Below, in pieces: positions 9,581-19,206 of a stretch of DNA of 64,000 bases. Origin of the DNA: a virus. Both the position numbers and the translations under genes were made by a program. The notes below the pieces were generated by a model. That model was not told the origin of the DNA. It searched no databases and saw nothing but the letters and a program-made list of their open reading frames with translations. The stretch covers positions 1 to 64,000 of the IMG/VR virus record IMGVR_UViG_3300023179_000033. One strand, written 5' to 3'. Numbering within the stretch: position 1 is the first letter of the stretch; each line of letters begins with the position of its first letter.

Positions 9581-10139
9581 AAATTTAAAATGTGAAAAAA
9601 GTTTAATCGAACTTTACGAAAGACACCAAGGTATCTGTAATAAAATGTTACAAAAGTATTGCAAGGTTTGTTATGATATTGGAGTATCTCTAGAAGATCT
9701 AAATTCTGAAAAGATATATGTTGTATATAAATCTGCTTTATCTTTTAAAAATCGTAAAGGTATAAAATTTTCAACTTGGTTAGGTAATCAAATGAGGTAT
9801 CATTGTTTAAATACTTTTAACAAGCAAAGTAAAGATATCTCTATGGAAAATGAAAATATCAAATATATAACAGAAACTAATCAAGCAAAACAAATAGACA
9901 ATACATTATTAAATAAAGAAAAAGTTGATGTTATTTTTAATATTTTAGATCAAATGCATGATCCAAGAATAAAAAAGATCTTTAATTTAAGATATTTTAC
10001 TGATAGTAAAATTCAACCTTGGAATAAAATAGGTAAAAAAATGCATATTAGTACTCAAACTGTGATTAATATTCATAATAAAGCTTTAAAATTCATTAAT
10101 CAAAAGATGTCTAGCGCAATTTCGTTTGACAAAATCTAA
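9549..10139 (+). CDS. phage sigma70-family RNA polymerase sigma factor
   Basis: region 2 (F..RKGIKFSTWLGNQMRY) and region 4 HTH (PWNKIGKKMHISTQTVINIHNKAL). Confidence 0.82.
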   Translation: MTDLQLIRKIKNLKCEKSLIELYERHQGICNKMLQKYCKVCYDIGVSLEDLNSEKIYVVYKSALSFKNRKGIKFSTWLGNQMRYHCLNTFNKQSKDISMENENIKYITETNQAKQIDNTLLNKEKVDVIFNILDQMHDPRIKKIFNLRYFTDSKIQPWNKIGKKMHISTQTVINIHNKALKFINQKMSSAISFDKI

Positions 10140-10154
10140 AATTTAAAATATAAT
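10126..10154 (+). promoter_or_regulatory. consensus sigma70 promoter
   Basis: TTGACA-17-TATAAT, 8 nt before ATG 10163. Confidence 0.8.
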
Positions 10155-10162
10155 ATAAAAAT

Positions 10163-10450
10163 ATGAATAAACCACAAAATAAAAACCAAAACGAGCTAGG
10201 TGCGCTTTGGAAAAAGAAAAGCAAAACTGGAATGTCATTCCTATCTGGTTATATTAATGATCACGATGGTCAAAGAATTGATATTGTTGTTTTTGCTAAT
10301 GGAAATAAGAAAAACGAGAAAGCTCCAGATTATAGACTATATGTTTCAAAACCATTAGAGTCTAATAATACAAAAGCTCCCGTTGCTGCTAATAAACAGA
10401 CTGTAAAGAGTAAGCCTGTAGTAGAAGAGGTCGAAGACGATATTCTATGA
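10163..10450 (+). CDS. DUF736-like small protein with acidic tail (possible ssDNA-binding)
   Basis: LGALWKK...FLSG...KAPDYRL; C-terminus EEVEDDIL. Confidence 0.6.
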   Translation: MNKPQNKNQNELGALWKKKSKTGMSFLSGYINDHDGQRIDIVVFANGNKKNEKAPDYRLYVSKPLESNNTKAPVAANKQTVKSKPVVEEVEDDIL

Positions 10451-11538
10451 GTTTTACTCTAAACTTGCCCGTAAACTCAGTTAGTTTTGGACAAGTTTCA
10501 ACTCTTCTTTTAAGAGAGTTGTATAAAAAAAATCTTACTGATTTTAACCTTTATCCAATTGGCGATAGACTAGATTTATCTACTCAAGAATTGGATGAAG
10601 GTTTTTTTAAATTCGTTCAAGAAAGAACGAATGGATTTCTTCAAAGAGTAAAAAGGAAAGATTCCTGTTTTAAACTTTGGCATTTAAATGGATCTTTTGA
10701 ATCTGTTTCTGATAAAAGATATTTATTATCATTCTATGAATTAGATAATCCAACCGCAGAAGAAATAAATATCGTTAAAAATCAAGATAAAGTATTTTTT
10801 TCTTCTAATTATACTGTAGATACATTTAAAATGTTTGGTTGTTCTAATGTCGAATATTTGCCATTAGCATTTGATAAATATAATTTTAAACAATTAAATA
10901 AAAAATATTTTTCTGATGATAGAATCGTATTTAATCTTGTCGGTAAATTAGAAAAAAGAAAGAATCATAAGAAAGTAATTCAAGCATGGGTTAAAAAATT
11001 TGGTAATAATCCAAAATATCATCTTCAATGTGCAATTTATAATCCATTCTTAAAAGAAGAAGATAATAAAACATTAATAATGTCTATTTTAGAAGGCGTA
11101 AATTATTTTAATGTTTCTTTTATGAATCATATGCCTAAAAATGGAATGTACAATGACTATCTAAATAGCGCAGATATTATAATTGGTATGAGTGGAGGTG
11201 AAGGTTGGGGATTACCAGAATTTCATTCTATTGCTATGGGTAAATATGGAATTATTTTAAATGCTCATTCATATAAAGATTGGGCAGATGAAAATAATTC
11301 TACATTAGTTCAACCATCTTCTAAAATTGAAGCATACGATAATATGTTTTTCCATAAAGGACAACCTTTTAATCAAGGTAATATTTTTACCTTTAATGAT
11401 GAAGAATTTATATCTGCTTGTGAAAAGACTATAGAGAAAGTTAATTTAAATAAAATAAATAGTGAAGGTCTAAAATTACAAGATAAATTTACTTCTGAAA
11501 AATTTGCACAAAATGTATTAAATATACTAGGAGTTTGA
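10447..11538 (+). CDS. glycosyltransferase family 4 (GT-B)
   Basis: GKLEKRKN, SGGEGWGLPEFHSIAMGK. Confidence 0.8.
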   Translation: MSFTLNLPVNSVSFGQVSTLLLRELYKKNLTDFNLYPIGDRLDLSTQELDEGFFKFVQERTNGFLQRVKRKDSCFKLWHLNGSFESVSDKRYLLSFYELDNPTAEEINIVKNQDKVFFSSNYTVDTFKMFGCSNVEYLPLAFDKYNFKQLNKKYFSDDRIVFNLVGKLEKRKNHKKVIQAWVKKFGNNPKYHLQCAIYNPFLKEEDNKTLIMSILEGVNYFNVSFMNHMPKNGMYNDYLNSADIIIGMSGGEGWGLPEFHSIAMGKYGIILNAHSYKDWADENNSTLVQPSSKIEAYDNMFFHKGQPFNQGNIFTFNDEEFISACEKTIEKVNLNKINSEGLKLQDKFTSEKFAQNVLNILGV

Positions 11539-11539
11539 T

Positions 11540-11887
11540 ATGCCAATTTATATATATCAAAACCCTAAAACAAAAGAAATAAAAGAAATCATACAGAGCG
11601 TGCATGATAAACATGAATATTTTGAAAATGGAATAAAGTGGAATAGAGTTTTTACTGCGCCAGAAGTAAATACAAATGATAAACTACATGCTGAATCTAC
11701 ATCTCAACAATTTTCAGAATTAACTGGTAAACAAAAAGGTACAATGGGAGATCTTTGGGATAGAAGTCAAGAACTTTCTGAAAAAAGAAAAAAGTTATAT
11801 GGTGGAGAAGATCCTGTAAAGAAAAAGTATTACGATAATTGGTCTAAAAAACGTAAAGGTAAAGTACACCCAAAAAGTCAGTCTTAA
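11540..11887 (+). CDS. FmdB-like N-terminal ribbon protein (no Cys)
   Basis: MPIYIY...E..QS...RVFTAP pattern. Confidence 0.5.
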   Translation: MPIYIYQNPKTKEIKEIIQSVHDKHEYFENGIKWNRVFTAPEVNTNDKLHAESTSQQFSELTGKQKGTMGDLWDRSQELSEKRKKLYGGEDPVKKKYYDNWSKKRKGKVHPKSQS

Positions 11888-11967
11888 TAAAATTGTTAGT
11901 AACTTTCTTGTTTTTTCTTTTCTTAACCTTAAAATCAATGTAATATAAGATTCATAGTCTGAGTCTT

Positions 11968-14223
11968 ATGAATATAAAAGTAAAAAAAAGAAATGGTACA
12001 TCAGAAAAATTTAATATAGAAAAAATTCATAGGGTAATCAACTGGGCAATAAAAGATCTATCAAATGTAAGTTTGACAGATGTAGAGATAAATGCTAAGA
12101 TAAATATCAATGATGGAGTAACAACTAAAGAAATTCATAAGCTATTAATTGAATCTTCTGCTAATTTAATTTCAATAGAAAAACCAAATTATCAATATGT
12201 AGCTGGTAGACTTTTAAACTATCAATTAAGAAAAGATGTATGGAAAGGTAAGCATGCACCAAGGCTATTAGAGTTTTTACAGCAAGGATTAAAAAATAAA
12301 ATCTATGATCCTATTATTTTAGAAAAATATACCGAAGATGAAATTAATAAAATGGGTGAGTTTATTGACCACGAAAGAGATTATAATTTTACTTATGCAG
12401 GTATAAAACAATTATGTGATAAATATCTTATCAAAGATAGAGTCTCTGGCAAGATTTATGAAACACCACAATTTGCGTATATTTTAATTGCTGCTTACGC
12501 ATTTATTAACTATCCAATAGAAACAAGATCAAATTATGTTCGTAAATTTTATGATGCTATAAGTAAGCATAAAATTAATTTACCAACACCAGTTATGGCT
12601 GGAGTTAGAACTCCAAGTAAAAATTATGCAAGTTGTTGTTTAATCGGAGTGGATGATACAAAAGATAGTATAACCGCTAGTGCTACGGCTGTTAGCATGG
12701 CTACTGCCAGTAGATGTGGAATAGGAATTGATGTTTCTAAAATTAGAGCGATTGGTTCTCCAATTAAGAATGGTGAAGTTGTACATACAGGATTAATTCC
12801 ATTTTTAAAAATATATGAAAGTAGTGTTAAAGCTTGGCAACAAAATGGATTAAGAGGTGGTAGCGCAACTTGCAACATTCAATGGTGGCACTATGAAATA
12901 GAAGATATTGTAGTATTAAAGAATAATGCAGGAACAGATGATAATCGTGTTCGCAAATTAGACTATACAGTTGGTATGAGTAAATTATTCTATGATAGAG
13001 TTCTTAAAGATGAAGATATTACTTTATTTAATACTGCTGAAGTTCCAGAATTATATGAAGCTTGGGGAACTAAAGACTTTGATAAAGTATATAAAGAATG
13101 TGAAAGCAAAAAATTAAAAATTAAAAAGAAAATATCTGCTCGTAAATTATTCTCATTAATAATTAAAGAGAGAGTAGAAACTGGTAGGATTTACATTTTA
13201 AATGTTGATCATGCAAATCGTCATGGTGCATGGTTAGATAAAGTTACAATGAGTAATCTTTGCACAGAGGTTATTCATCCTACAATTCCACTTAATGATT
13301 ATCACGATAAAGAAGGCGAAATTGGAATGTGTATTCTTTCGGCAGTCAATATGCTAGAAATTAAAAACTGGCAGGACCTTGAAAAGACTTGCGATCTTAT
13401 CGTAAGATTTCTTGATGAAATCATTGAAATTCAAGATTACTTCAATATTGCTGCTGAAAATTTTGCAAAAAAACGCCGTAGTCTTGGAATAGGTATCACT
13501 AATTTAGCCGCTTATTTTGCTAAGAATGAATTAAAATATACGTCTGATAAAACTCTACCAATCATTGACGAATGGATGGAACATTTTCAATATTATCTTT
13601 TGAAATCAAGTCTCGAATTAGCGAAAGAAAAAGGTAAGTGCGAAAAATTTAATCATACAAAATATTCTAAAGGTATTCTTCCAATTGATACTTATAAAGA
13701 CAAACTCGATGATTTATGTAAAAGAAAGCTATCTTTAGATTGGGAAAAGTTAAGAGAAGAAATAAAACAACATGGTTTAAGACACTCTACTTTATCCTCT
13801 TGTATGCCCTGTGAGAGTAGCTCAGTTATTCAATCCTCTACTAATGGAGTAGAACCAATTCGTAGTCTTATAACTTATAAAATGAGTAAGATGGGTAAAT
13901 TACCAGTTCTAGTTCCGGGAATTGGTAAATATGATAAAAACTATGAATTAGCTTATGATCTAAAAGATAATTCTGGTTTGCTGAAAATTAATGCGATTAT
14001 TCAAAAGTATATTGACATGGCGATATCAACTAATGTATACTACAATTATTCTCATTATGAAAATAATGTTCTTCCAGACGCTAAAGTAATGAAAGAAATT
14101 ATGCAAGCCTATTCTCTTGGTTTAATCAGTCTTTATTATAATAATACAGATGATGGCGATAAGGAGCAGTTAATGAATCAAAAAGAAGATCGTGATTGTT
14201 CTTCTGGTGCGTGTAAATTGTAA
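11968..14223 (+). CDS. nrdA: ribonucleotide reductase class Ia alpha subunit
   Basis: ATP cone (VKKRNG), ETPQ, PTPVMAG, ASCC, SNLCTE, CILS, SLYY, C-terminal CSSGACKL. Confidence 0.97.
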   Translation: MNIKVKKRNGTSEKFNIEKIHRVINWAIKDLSNVSLTDVEINAKININDGVTTKEIHKLLIESSANLISIEKPNYQYVAGRLLNYQLRKDVWKGKHAPRLLEFLQQGLKNKIYDPIILEKYTEDEINKMGEFIDHERDYNFTYAGIKQLCDKYLIKDRVSGKIYETPQFAYILIAAYAFINYPIETRSNYVRKFYDAISKHKINLPTPVMAGVRTPSKNYASCCLIGVDDTKDSITASATAVSMATASRCGIGIDVSKIRAIGSPIKNGEVVHTGLIPFLKIYESSVKAWQQNGLRGGSATCNIQWWHYEIEDIVVLKNNAGTDDNRVRKLDYTVGMSKLFYDRVLKDEDITLFNTAEVPELYEAWGTKDFDKVYKECESKKLKIKKKISARKLFSLIIKERVETGRIYILNVDHANRHGAWLDKVTMSNLCTEVIHPTIPLNDYHDKEGEIGMCILSAVNMLEIKNWQDLEKTCDLIVRFLDEIIEIQDYFNIAAENFAKKRRSLGIGITNLAAYFAKNELKYTSDKTLPIIDEWMEHFQYYLLKSSLELAKEKGKCEKFNHTKYSKGILPIDTYKDKLDDLCKRKLSLDWEKLREEIKQHGLRHSTLSSCMPCESSSVIQSSTNGVEPIRSLITYKMSKMGKLPVLVPGIGKYDKNYELAYDLKDNSGLLKINAIIQKYIDMAISTNVYYNYSHYENNVLPDAKVMKEIMQAYSLGLISLYYNNTDDGDKEQLMNQKEDRDCSSGACKL

Positions 14224-14226
14224 CCC

Positions 14227-15291
14227 ATGAAAAGTGTTTTAAATTTAAAAAATATAGATTATACAAAACAACCATTATTCTTTGGCGAAGATCTTAATCT
14301 TCAAAGATATGATCGTTTTAAATATCCTATCTTTTTTGAGTTGTTCAAAAAACAAGAAGAATTCTTCTGGTGGCCTCACGAGATAGCTTTAAATAAAGAC
14401 CGTAGTGATTATAAAGATCTAGCTGGTCAAGAAAGATTTGTGTTTGATACTAATTTAAAATTTCAAACTCTTGGAGATAGTATGCTTTCTAGGAGTATAC
14501 ATTCTCTTAAAGATTATGTAAGCAATCCAGAACTTGAAATATGTATGAATACTTGGCAAAGATTTGAAGGTATTCATAGCTATTCTTATTCATATCTACT
14601 TAATAATGTGCATCCAGACGCAAGTAAATTTTTTGATAGTATTATGGAAGATAAAGAAATTGTATCTCGCGCAGAACTTATCAGAAATAATTTTGATAAA
14701 ATTCTTGGTGATGATGATAAAAAAGATTTAAAGCAAAAGATTTTTGATTGTATTCTTTCAGTTAATGTTATGGAAGGGCTTGTATTTTATGTTTCATTTG
14801 CCTGTTCTTTCTATTTTGGATATCGTGGTAAAATGGAAGGCAACGCTAAGATTATTAAATTTATTCAAAGAGATGAAGCTTTACATTTTGCTACAACTCA
14901 AAATCTAATCAAAATTCTTAAAGAAGAAGATAAAGAAGGCTTTACTTCTATCGTCAAAAGAAGCGAGGATAAGATATATGCATTTTATGAACAAGCTGCT
15001 AAAAATGAAATTGAATGGGCAGAATATTTATTTAGCAAAGGCTCTTTACTAGGTTTAAATGCAGAGGTTTTAGGTGGCTATTCTAAATGGCTTTGCGATG
15101 CTCGTTTAAGATCATTAGGGTATAAGAAAATCTTTAATCAAAAAGATAATCCTATTGCTGGTTGGTTAGATAGCTATCTTGATAGTAGTAAAGTACAAGC
15201 TGCGCCACAAGAAACGGAATTGCAATCATATAAAATTGGTGCTAGAGATACAAATTTAAGCGATAAAGATTTGGAGGATATAGATTTATAA
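14227..15291 (+). CDS. nrdB: ribonucleotide reductase class Ia beta subunit
   Basis: FWWPHE, D, EGIHSYSY, EGLVFY, RDEALH, APQETE. Confidence 0.97.
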   Translation: MKSVLNLKNIDYTKQPLFFGEDLNLQRYDRFKYPIFFELFKKQEEFFWWPHEIALNKDRSDYKDLAGQERFVFDTNLKFQTLGDSMLSRSIHSLKDYVSNPELEICMNTWQRFEGIHSYSYSYLLNNVHPDASKFFDSIMEDKEIVSRAELIRNNFDKILGDDDKKDLKQKIFDCILSVNVMEGLVFYVSFACSFYFGYRGKMEGNAKIIKFIQRDEALHFATTQNLIKILKEEDKEGFTSIVKRSEDKIYAFYEQAAKNEIEWAEYLFSKGSLLGLNAEVLGGYSKWLCDARLRSLGYKKIFNQKDNPIAGWLDSYLDSSKVQAAPQETELQSYKIGARDTNLSDKDLEDIDL

Positions 15292-15320
15292 TAATGTAAT
15301 ACAAAAGTGTATTATATAGT

Positions 15321-15515
15321 GTGACGGAAAAAAAGAAAAAAGTAAATCAACTCAATATAAAAGAGTGCGAAGCTATACTTAACAGATTAGCTGGACAAAC
15401 TGAATGTAAATACTATCAGCATGTTTTAAATCACTATAGGAAATTATTACCTTCTCATAGTATGGCTATTGAATTATCTAATGTCCCAAGTGATAATAAC
15501 GCAACTTTGCCATAA
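15321..15515 (+). CDS. hypothetical protein
   Basis: GTG start, GTGTAT motif 8 nt upstream. Confidence 0.55.
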   Translation: MTEKKKKVNQLNIKECEAILNRLAGQTECKYYQHVLNHYRKLLPSHSMAIELSNVPSDNNATLP

Positions 15516-15554
15516 TTTATATAAAAAATATAATCTATAAGTGTAAATATATGT

Positions 15555-15887
15555 GTGAATTTAGATATCACACTATTATTTAATATCGTTTTAGGGGCAT
15601 TATCCTTCTTAGGTGGATGGTTATTTACTAGAGTATTCTCTATATCTGATCGTCAAGAGAAATTAATTAAAGATTTAAATGATAAAACCTTTAGCGATTT
15701 TATAGCTTTAAGAAAAGAAGTGGAAGTAGAAAGCCGTAAACATCAACAAGAAATTGCAGATTTAGCTTTAAAAGTCAGCACTACTTATGTAACCAAAGAA
15801 TCTTTTGAAGCCTATTTTGATAGAATAGAAGCTAAACTTGATCGTAATTTTGAAACAATACAACAATATTTAATAAATAAAAAATAA
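15555..15887 (+). CDS. single-TM coiled-coil protein (possible holin/lysis accessory)
   Basis: N-terminal TM then coiled coil ending YVTKE..DRIEAKLD; GTGTAA 8 nt upstream. Confidence 0.55.
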   Translation: MNLDITLLFNIVLGALSFLGGWLFTRVFSISDRQEKLIKDLNDKTFSDFIALRKEVEVESRKHQQEIADLALKVSTTYVTKESFEAYFDRIEAKLDRNFETIQQYLINKK

Positions 15888-15908
15888 AAATTAACTGTAA
15901 TAGTTAAT

Positions 15909-16424
15909 GTGACTGTTTCGGAAAGAGATATTGATTTTTTTGCAAAGAAATTAGGTTTATCACCAGAAAAGACTTTCCTGTTGTTGCAAGATCCAGATTG
16001 TCTTCCAGAAATTTTAAATAAAGTAGCAGAAGACAATATAGATGGAATTGTAGATATTAGCTTTCCAGTTTTCGCCGAACTAACTATTATAAAATATAGC
16101 AAAGATTTAAAATATCCATTCGAAGAAAAAGAGTATGTTTCGCAAGCAGTTGGTTCTAAATTCTATGATCTAATAGAAACTCCATTACAAAATAAATATT
16201 TTTTTACCTTACAACATGATGAAGATACAGCTAAATCTGTTCTAGTATTTCTTGGATTTTTTTATAAAAGTTTAGAAAAACTCAGAAGATCATATCCATC
16301 AGAAAATGTTTATTATAATATAGCAAAAAATGGTTTTGAAAATTCAGAAAAAGAAGAAATATCTTATCATCTTAAAGATTGGATTAAAGTATTAAGAATT
16401 ATACATAATGAAGTTTGGTATTAA
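15909..16424 (+). CDS. hypothetical protein
   Basis: 171-aa ORF; CTGTAA 8 nt upstream. Confidence 0.65.
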   Translation: MTVSERDIDFFAKKLGLSPEKTFLLLQDPDCLPEILNKVAEDNIDGIVDISFPVFAELTIIKYSKDLKYPFEEKEYVSQAVGSKFYDLIETPLQNKYFFTLQHDEDTAKSVLVFLGFFYKSLEKLRRSYPSENVYYNIAKNGFENSEKEEISYHLKDWIKVLRIIHNEVWY

Positions 16425-16457
16425 TACTATATTCTTAAATTATTTAACTTTTCTTTG

Positions 16458-16754
16458 ATATCCAAAAGGGCTTTACCTCCAGATTTTATATATCTGAAGT
16501 TAAGTATTATCAATCCAACTTTTCTTTTGACTCCAAATTTATCACGATCTCAGCGATAAACGGGCCATCGCACTTATTGGTCAGAGGTAGCTTCTACCAC
16601 TACATTCTGCGATGCCTATAGCTACATTCCCTTCAAAAGCCATATTATGTACAAACGAAGGTTTTAATAGTTGTCAGCCCTTTAGACATTGCTATCTCAA
16701 GGATTGATAGTTGATTTTTTGACATCAACAAACTGCTCTAATTGGAAGCTATGT
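16458..16754 (-). ncRNA. putative structured non-coding RNA of unknown family
   Basis: GC-enriched intergenic block with no long ORF; closing helix of about 14 bp and several internal hairpins with G-U pairs on the minus strand; dedicated promoter. Confidence 0.7.
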
Positions 16755-16760
16755 TAATTT

Positions 16761-16789
16761 ATATTAGAATACATTTGCTTTTTTGTCAA
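16761..16789 (-). promoter_or_regulatory. sigma70-type promoter for the putative ncRNA
   Basis: TTGACA (16789-16784)-17-TAATAT (16766-16761). Confidence 0.7.
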
Positions 16790-16809
16790 TTTTTTTTATA
16801 ATATATAAA

Positions 16810-17019
16810 ATGGAAATAATTAAAAATAAAGCCAGATGGTTATTGTATACTGAAAAATGCATAAAGCATTATAACATAGATAATGATAATATTTATGATG
16901 AACCTAGCGAATATCCTTGCATTGTAATACCACAATTAATTTCGGACATAAATGGCGCAAGAGTTAAATTTAATTTTGTTTATAAAAAAGATTGCCAAAA
17001 ATTATTAAAACATTTATAA
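16810..17019 (+). CDS. hypothetical protein
   Basis: MEIIKNKARW...EPSEYPC; ATG in frame with ORF 16783..17019. Confidence 0.6.
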   Translation: MEIIKNKARWLLYTEKCIKHYNIDNDNIYDEPSEYPCIVIPQLISDINGARVKFNFVYKKDCQKLLKHL

Positions 17020-17049
17020 TAGTGTAACTATTATTAGTTCTTTCTCATT

Positions 17050-17471
17050 GGGCGCGTACTGGTTTCGATTTTAGGAATCGGAATTAAAATGCAGGTAGAG
17101 GTTTAGGTGGGTCTCTTTAAAAAGCCTTAAAAGTATTAACTGCTAAAACAGCTAAATACAAAGGTCATATCTCTGCTAGAGTTTCTCTAGTCGAGGAGAC
17201 CGCTTCTGTAGCTTAAGTTCTACAGCGTGATTACCATGACACATCTACTGGATAATTGCGTAATTAGATGTATTTTTATAAAATCCTTTTCATTTAATTT
17301 TTTATAAAAATTATTAAGGGTAAATTTGACCAAGGTTGAATTTATTATTAAATGAATAGCTAAAAACCAATTGTTTATTCGACTCTTTAGCGAATCAACG
17401 GAATAAACTAAACTTGTAGTATTTTAATTTAAATTCACTAAAACACGAAGGTTCAACTCCTTCCGCGTCCA
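17050..17471 (+). ncRNA. ssrA: tmRNA
   Basis: 5' GGGCGCGUACUGGUUUCGA; 3' GAAG-GUUCAACUC-CUUC CGCGUCCA; acceptor stem with G3-U wobble; tag ORF 17142..17216. Confidence 0.93.
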
Positions 17472-17524
17472 AAGAAAATGATCTTACAAAAAAGAAACGA
17501 TAAATTTTATAAATCAAATTAAAA

Positions 17525-18142
17525 ATGAAGAAATTAAATCCAACAGTTATACATTTAAAGGAAAGGTTTGATAGATTAATATTTATAAATAATCTTAAAA
17601 AATATTTTCCAAGATTAAAAATTTTAGAGGCAATTGAACCTAAAAATGCAAACATATATTATGACAAATGTGATTTTGGAGCGGGATGTACAGCATCACA
17701 ACTTATGGCTATAGATCAATCAAATAAAAACGAACCACTTTTAGTTCTTGAAGATGATGCGGTTATTGATATAAAAAAATATGAACAATTTTTATCTTTA
17801 GAAGATCCACCAAAAGACTGCGGAATAATTTTACTTGGTGGAGATTTTTTGCCAAAATCTACCAGTTCTTGGACAGAAGTGACAACTGATTATTGCGGTA
17901 GTCATGCAATGATTTATATGCCAATTATACATAAAACTAAATTTCTTGAAAATGCTTGGAAATATTTATTTTTCTTTCCGAGAGAAGGTCCTGATAGTTG
18001 GATTACAGAAGCGATAATGAGATTAGTAATTAAATCTGTAAATTTAAAAATTTATCGCCCAAATGTTCTTCCATTTACTGCTGGAAAATCAATTTCAAGC
18101 AGATCTAAAAAAATTTTTAATAGAGATAATAAGGAAATATAA
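17525..18142 (+). CDS. glycosyltransferase family 25-like
   Basis: VIHLKER.DR, GAGCTAS, LVLEDDA, GSHAMIY. Confidence 0.75.
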   Translation: MKKLNPTVIHLKERFDRLIFINNLKKYFPRLKILEAIEPKNANIYYDKCDFGAGCTASQLMAIDQSNKNEPLLVLEDDAVIDIKKYEQFLSLEDPPKDCGIILLGGDFLPKSTSSWTEVTTDYCGSHAMIYMPIIHKTKFLENAWKYLFFFPREGPDSWITEAIMRLVIKSVNLKIYRPNVLPFTAGKSISSRSKKIFNRDNKEI

Positions 18143-18179
18143 ATGTGTATCATATTTATATAATAAGATTGCTAAGAAT

Positions 18180-18374
18180 ATGAAATCAAAATATAAAATA
18201 GGCGACAAAGTAAAATATAAATGCATCTACAATAATGAAATAGCAGTTGGTGAAATAATTAATATAAGACAAGCAAATTTGAATTGGGACTATAGTATTA
18301 GATATGAAGTTTTTGTTAATTTAGTTTATGTTCAATGGGTAAAAGAAGAAGATATACTTGAAAAAGTAAAATAA
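18180..18374 (+). CDS. small SH3/KOW-like protein
   Basis: KYKIGDKV...GEI...YEV...WVKEEDI. Confidence 0.55.
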   Translation: MKSKYKIGDKVKYKCIYNNEIAVGEIINIRQANLNWDYSIRYEVFVNLVYVQWVKEEDILEKVK

Positions 18375-18377
18375 TAA

Positions 18378-18779
18378 TTATCTTATTTCTTTTCTTCCCT
18401 TACCTTTATTTAAATTTCTATGAGAATCAGTTAGTGAGTGGCAATTTGGACATAAAACTTCTAAATTGTTTATATTATTATTTTTAAAATCTCCATCTTT
18501 ATGATGAATTTCTAATGTGCTTTTGCCTGTTGTTGAATTTTTTTTATTCCAACCGCAGATTTCGCATGAGTAGTTTTTTTTGTTTATTAAATAATTTCTA
18601 ATAAAAGGTCTAATTTGCCCATTTGTTGCATACCCTCTATCGTTTCCATTTAACCAGTTTTGTACTTTAACATTGTTTTGATATTTAAACTGGCATGTAT
18701 TATTACAATAATATTTTATAGGTTTATCACATTCTTTGTTACAATTTTTGCATTTTCTTCTTGGCTTTCTAATATTCAT
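18378..18779 (-). CDS. HNH endonuclease
   Basis: CKNC..YCNNTC, CEICG, LEIHHKDG...NN..NLEVLCPNCH; ATG 18779 lies 8 nt after GTGTAA. Confidence 0.88.
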   Translation of the reverse strand: MNIRKPRRKCKNCNKECDKPIKYYCNNTCQFKYQNNVKVQNWLNGNDRGYATNGQIRPFIRNYLINKKNYSCEICGWNKKNSTTGKSTLEIHHKDGDFKNNNINNLEVLCPNCHSLTDSHRNLNKGKGRKEIR

Positions 18780-18872
18780 ATAAAATATTACACTCAAAAA
18801 TAGACCATTTAATAAATAATATTAGGTCTAATATAATAATTTTATATATATGATTTAGTGTAAATCTAAAAT

Positions 18873-19181
18873 ATGATAAATAATATAACAAGCAATGATG
18901 GCGGAGAAAAAAGAATAGGATTAGTTTATAATAGTGATAGTGGTTATTATCAAGGTTTTGATTTTAGTAAAATAGATGATATTGAAAGTATTCTTACAGA
19001 TGGAATAGATGTTAATGTAGCAAATTTTGCAGCTCAATCAGCGTATGTTGATGCGTTTGGCCGTCAAAGAATTTCGAATCCATTTACATTAGCAGATTAT
19101 TCTCATGTTTATGGAGAAGAGACAGAACTATTAATTAAAACAAGTGGAAATAATTCTTATATAAAACTAGATAATTTTTAA
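18873..19181 (+). CDS. probably truncated phage structural-type protein
   Basis: DAFGRQRISNPFTLAD motif, which I recall from much longer phage proteins; ORF ends soon after. Confidence 0.45.
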   Translation: MINNITSNDGGEKRIGLVYNSDSGYYQGFDFSKIDDIESILTDGIDVNVANFAAQSAYVDAFGRQRISNPFTLADYSHVYGEETELLIKTSGNNSYIKLDNF

Positions 19182-19206
19182 TATTTTTAGTGTAATATTA
19201 ATTAAT

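Noticed and set aside
11968-15291. Introns/inteins or unusual metal class in ribonucleotide reductase
   Set aside because: Both genes are uninterrupted, and NrdB keeps the usual carboxylate/His ligands and radical Tyr
16458-16754. RNase P RNA, group I intron or small proteins
   Set aside because: No GAGGAAAGUCC-type RNase P core and no interrupted host gene; minus-strand ORFs found are only about 8-26 codons
17395-17655. Minus-strand 86-aa ORF
   Set aside because: Antisense to the tmRNA 3' end and the GT25 gene; shadow ORF
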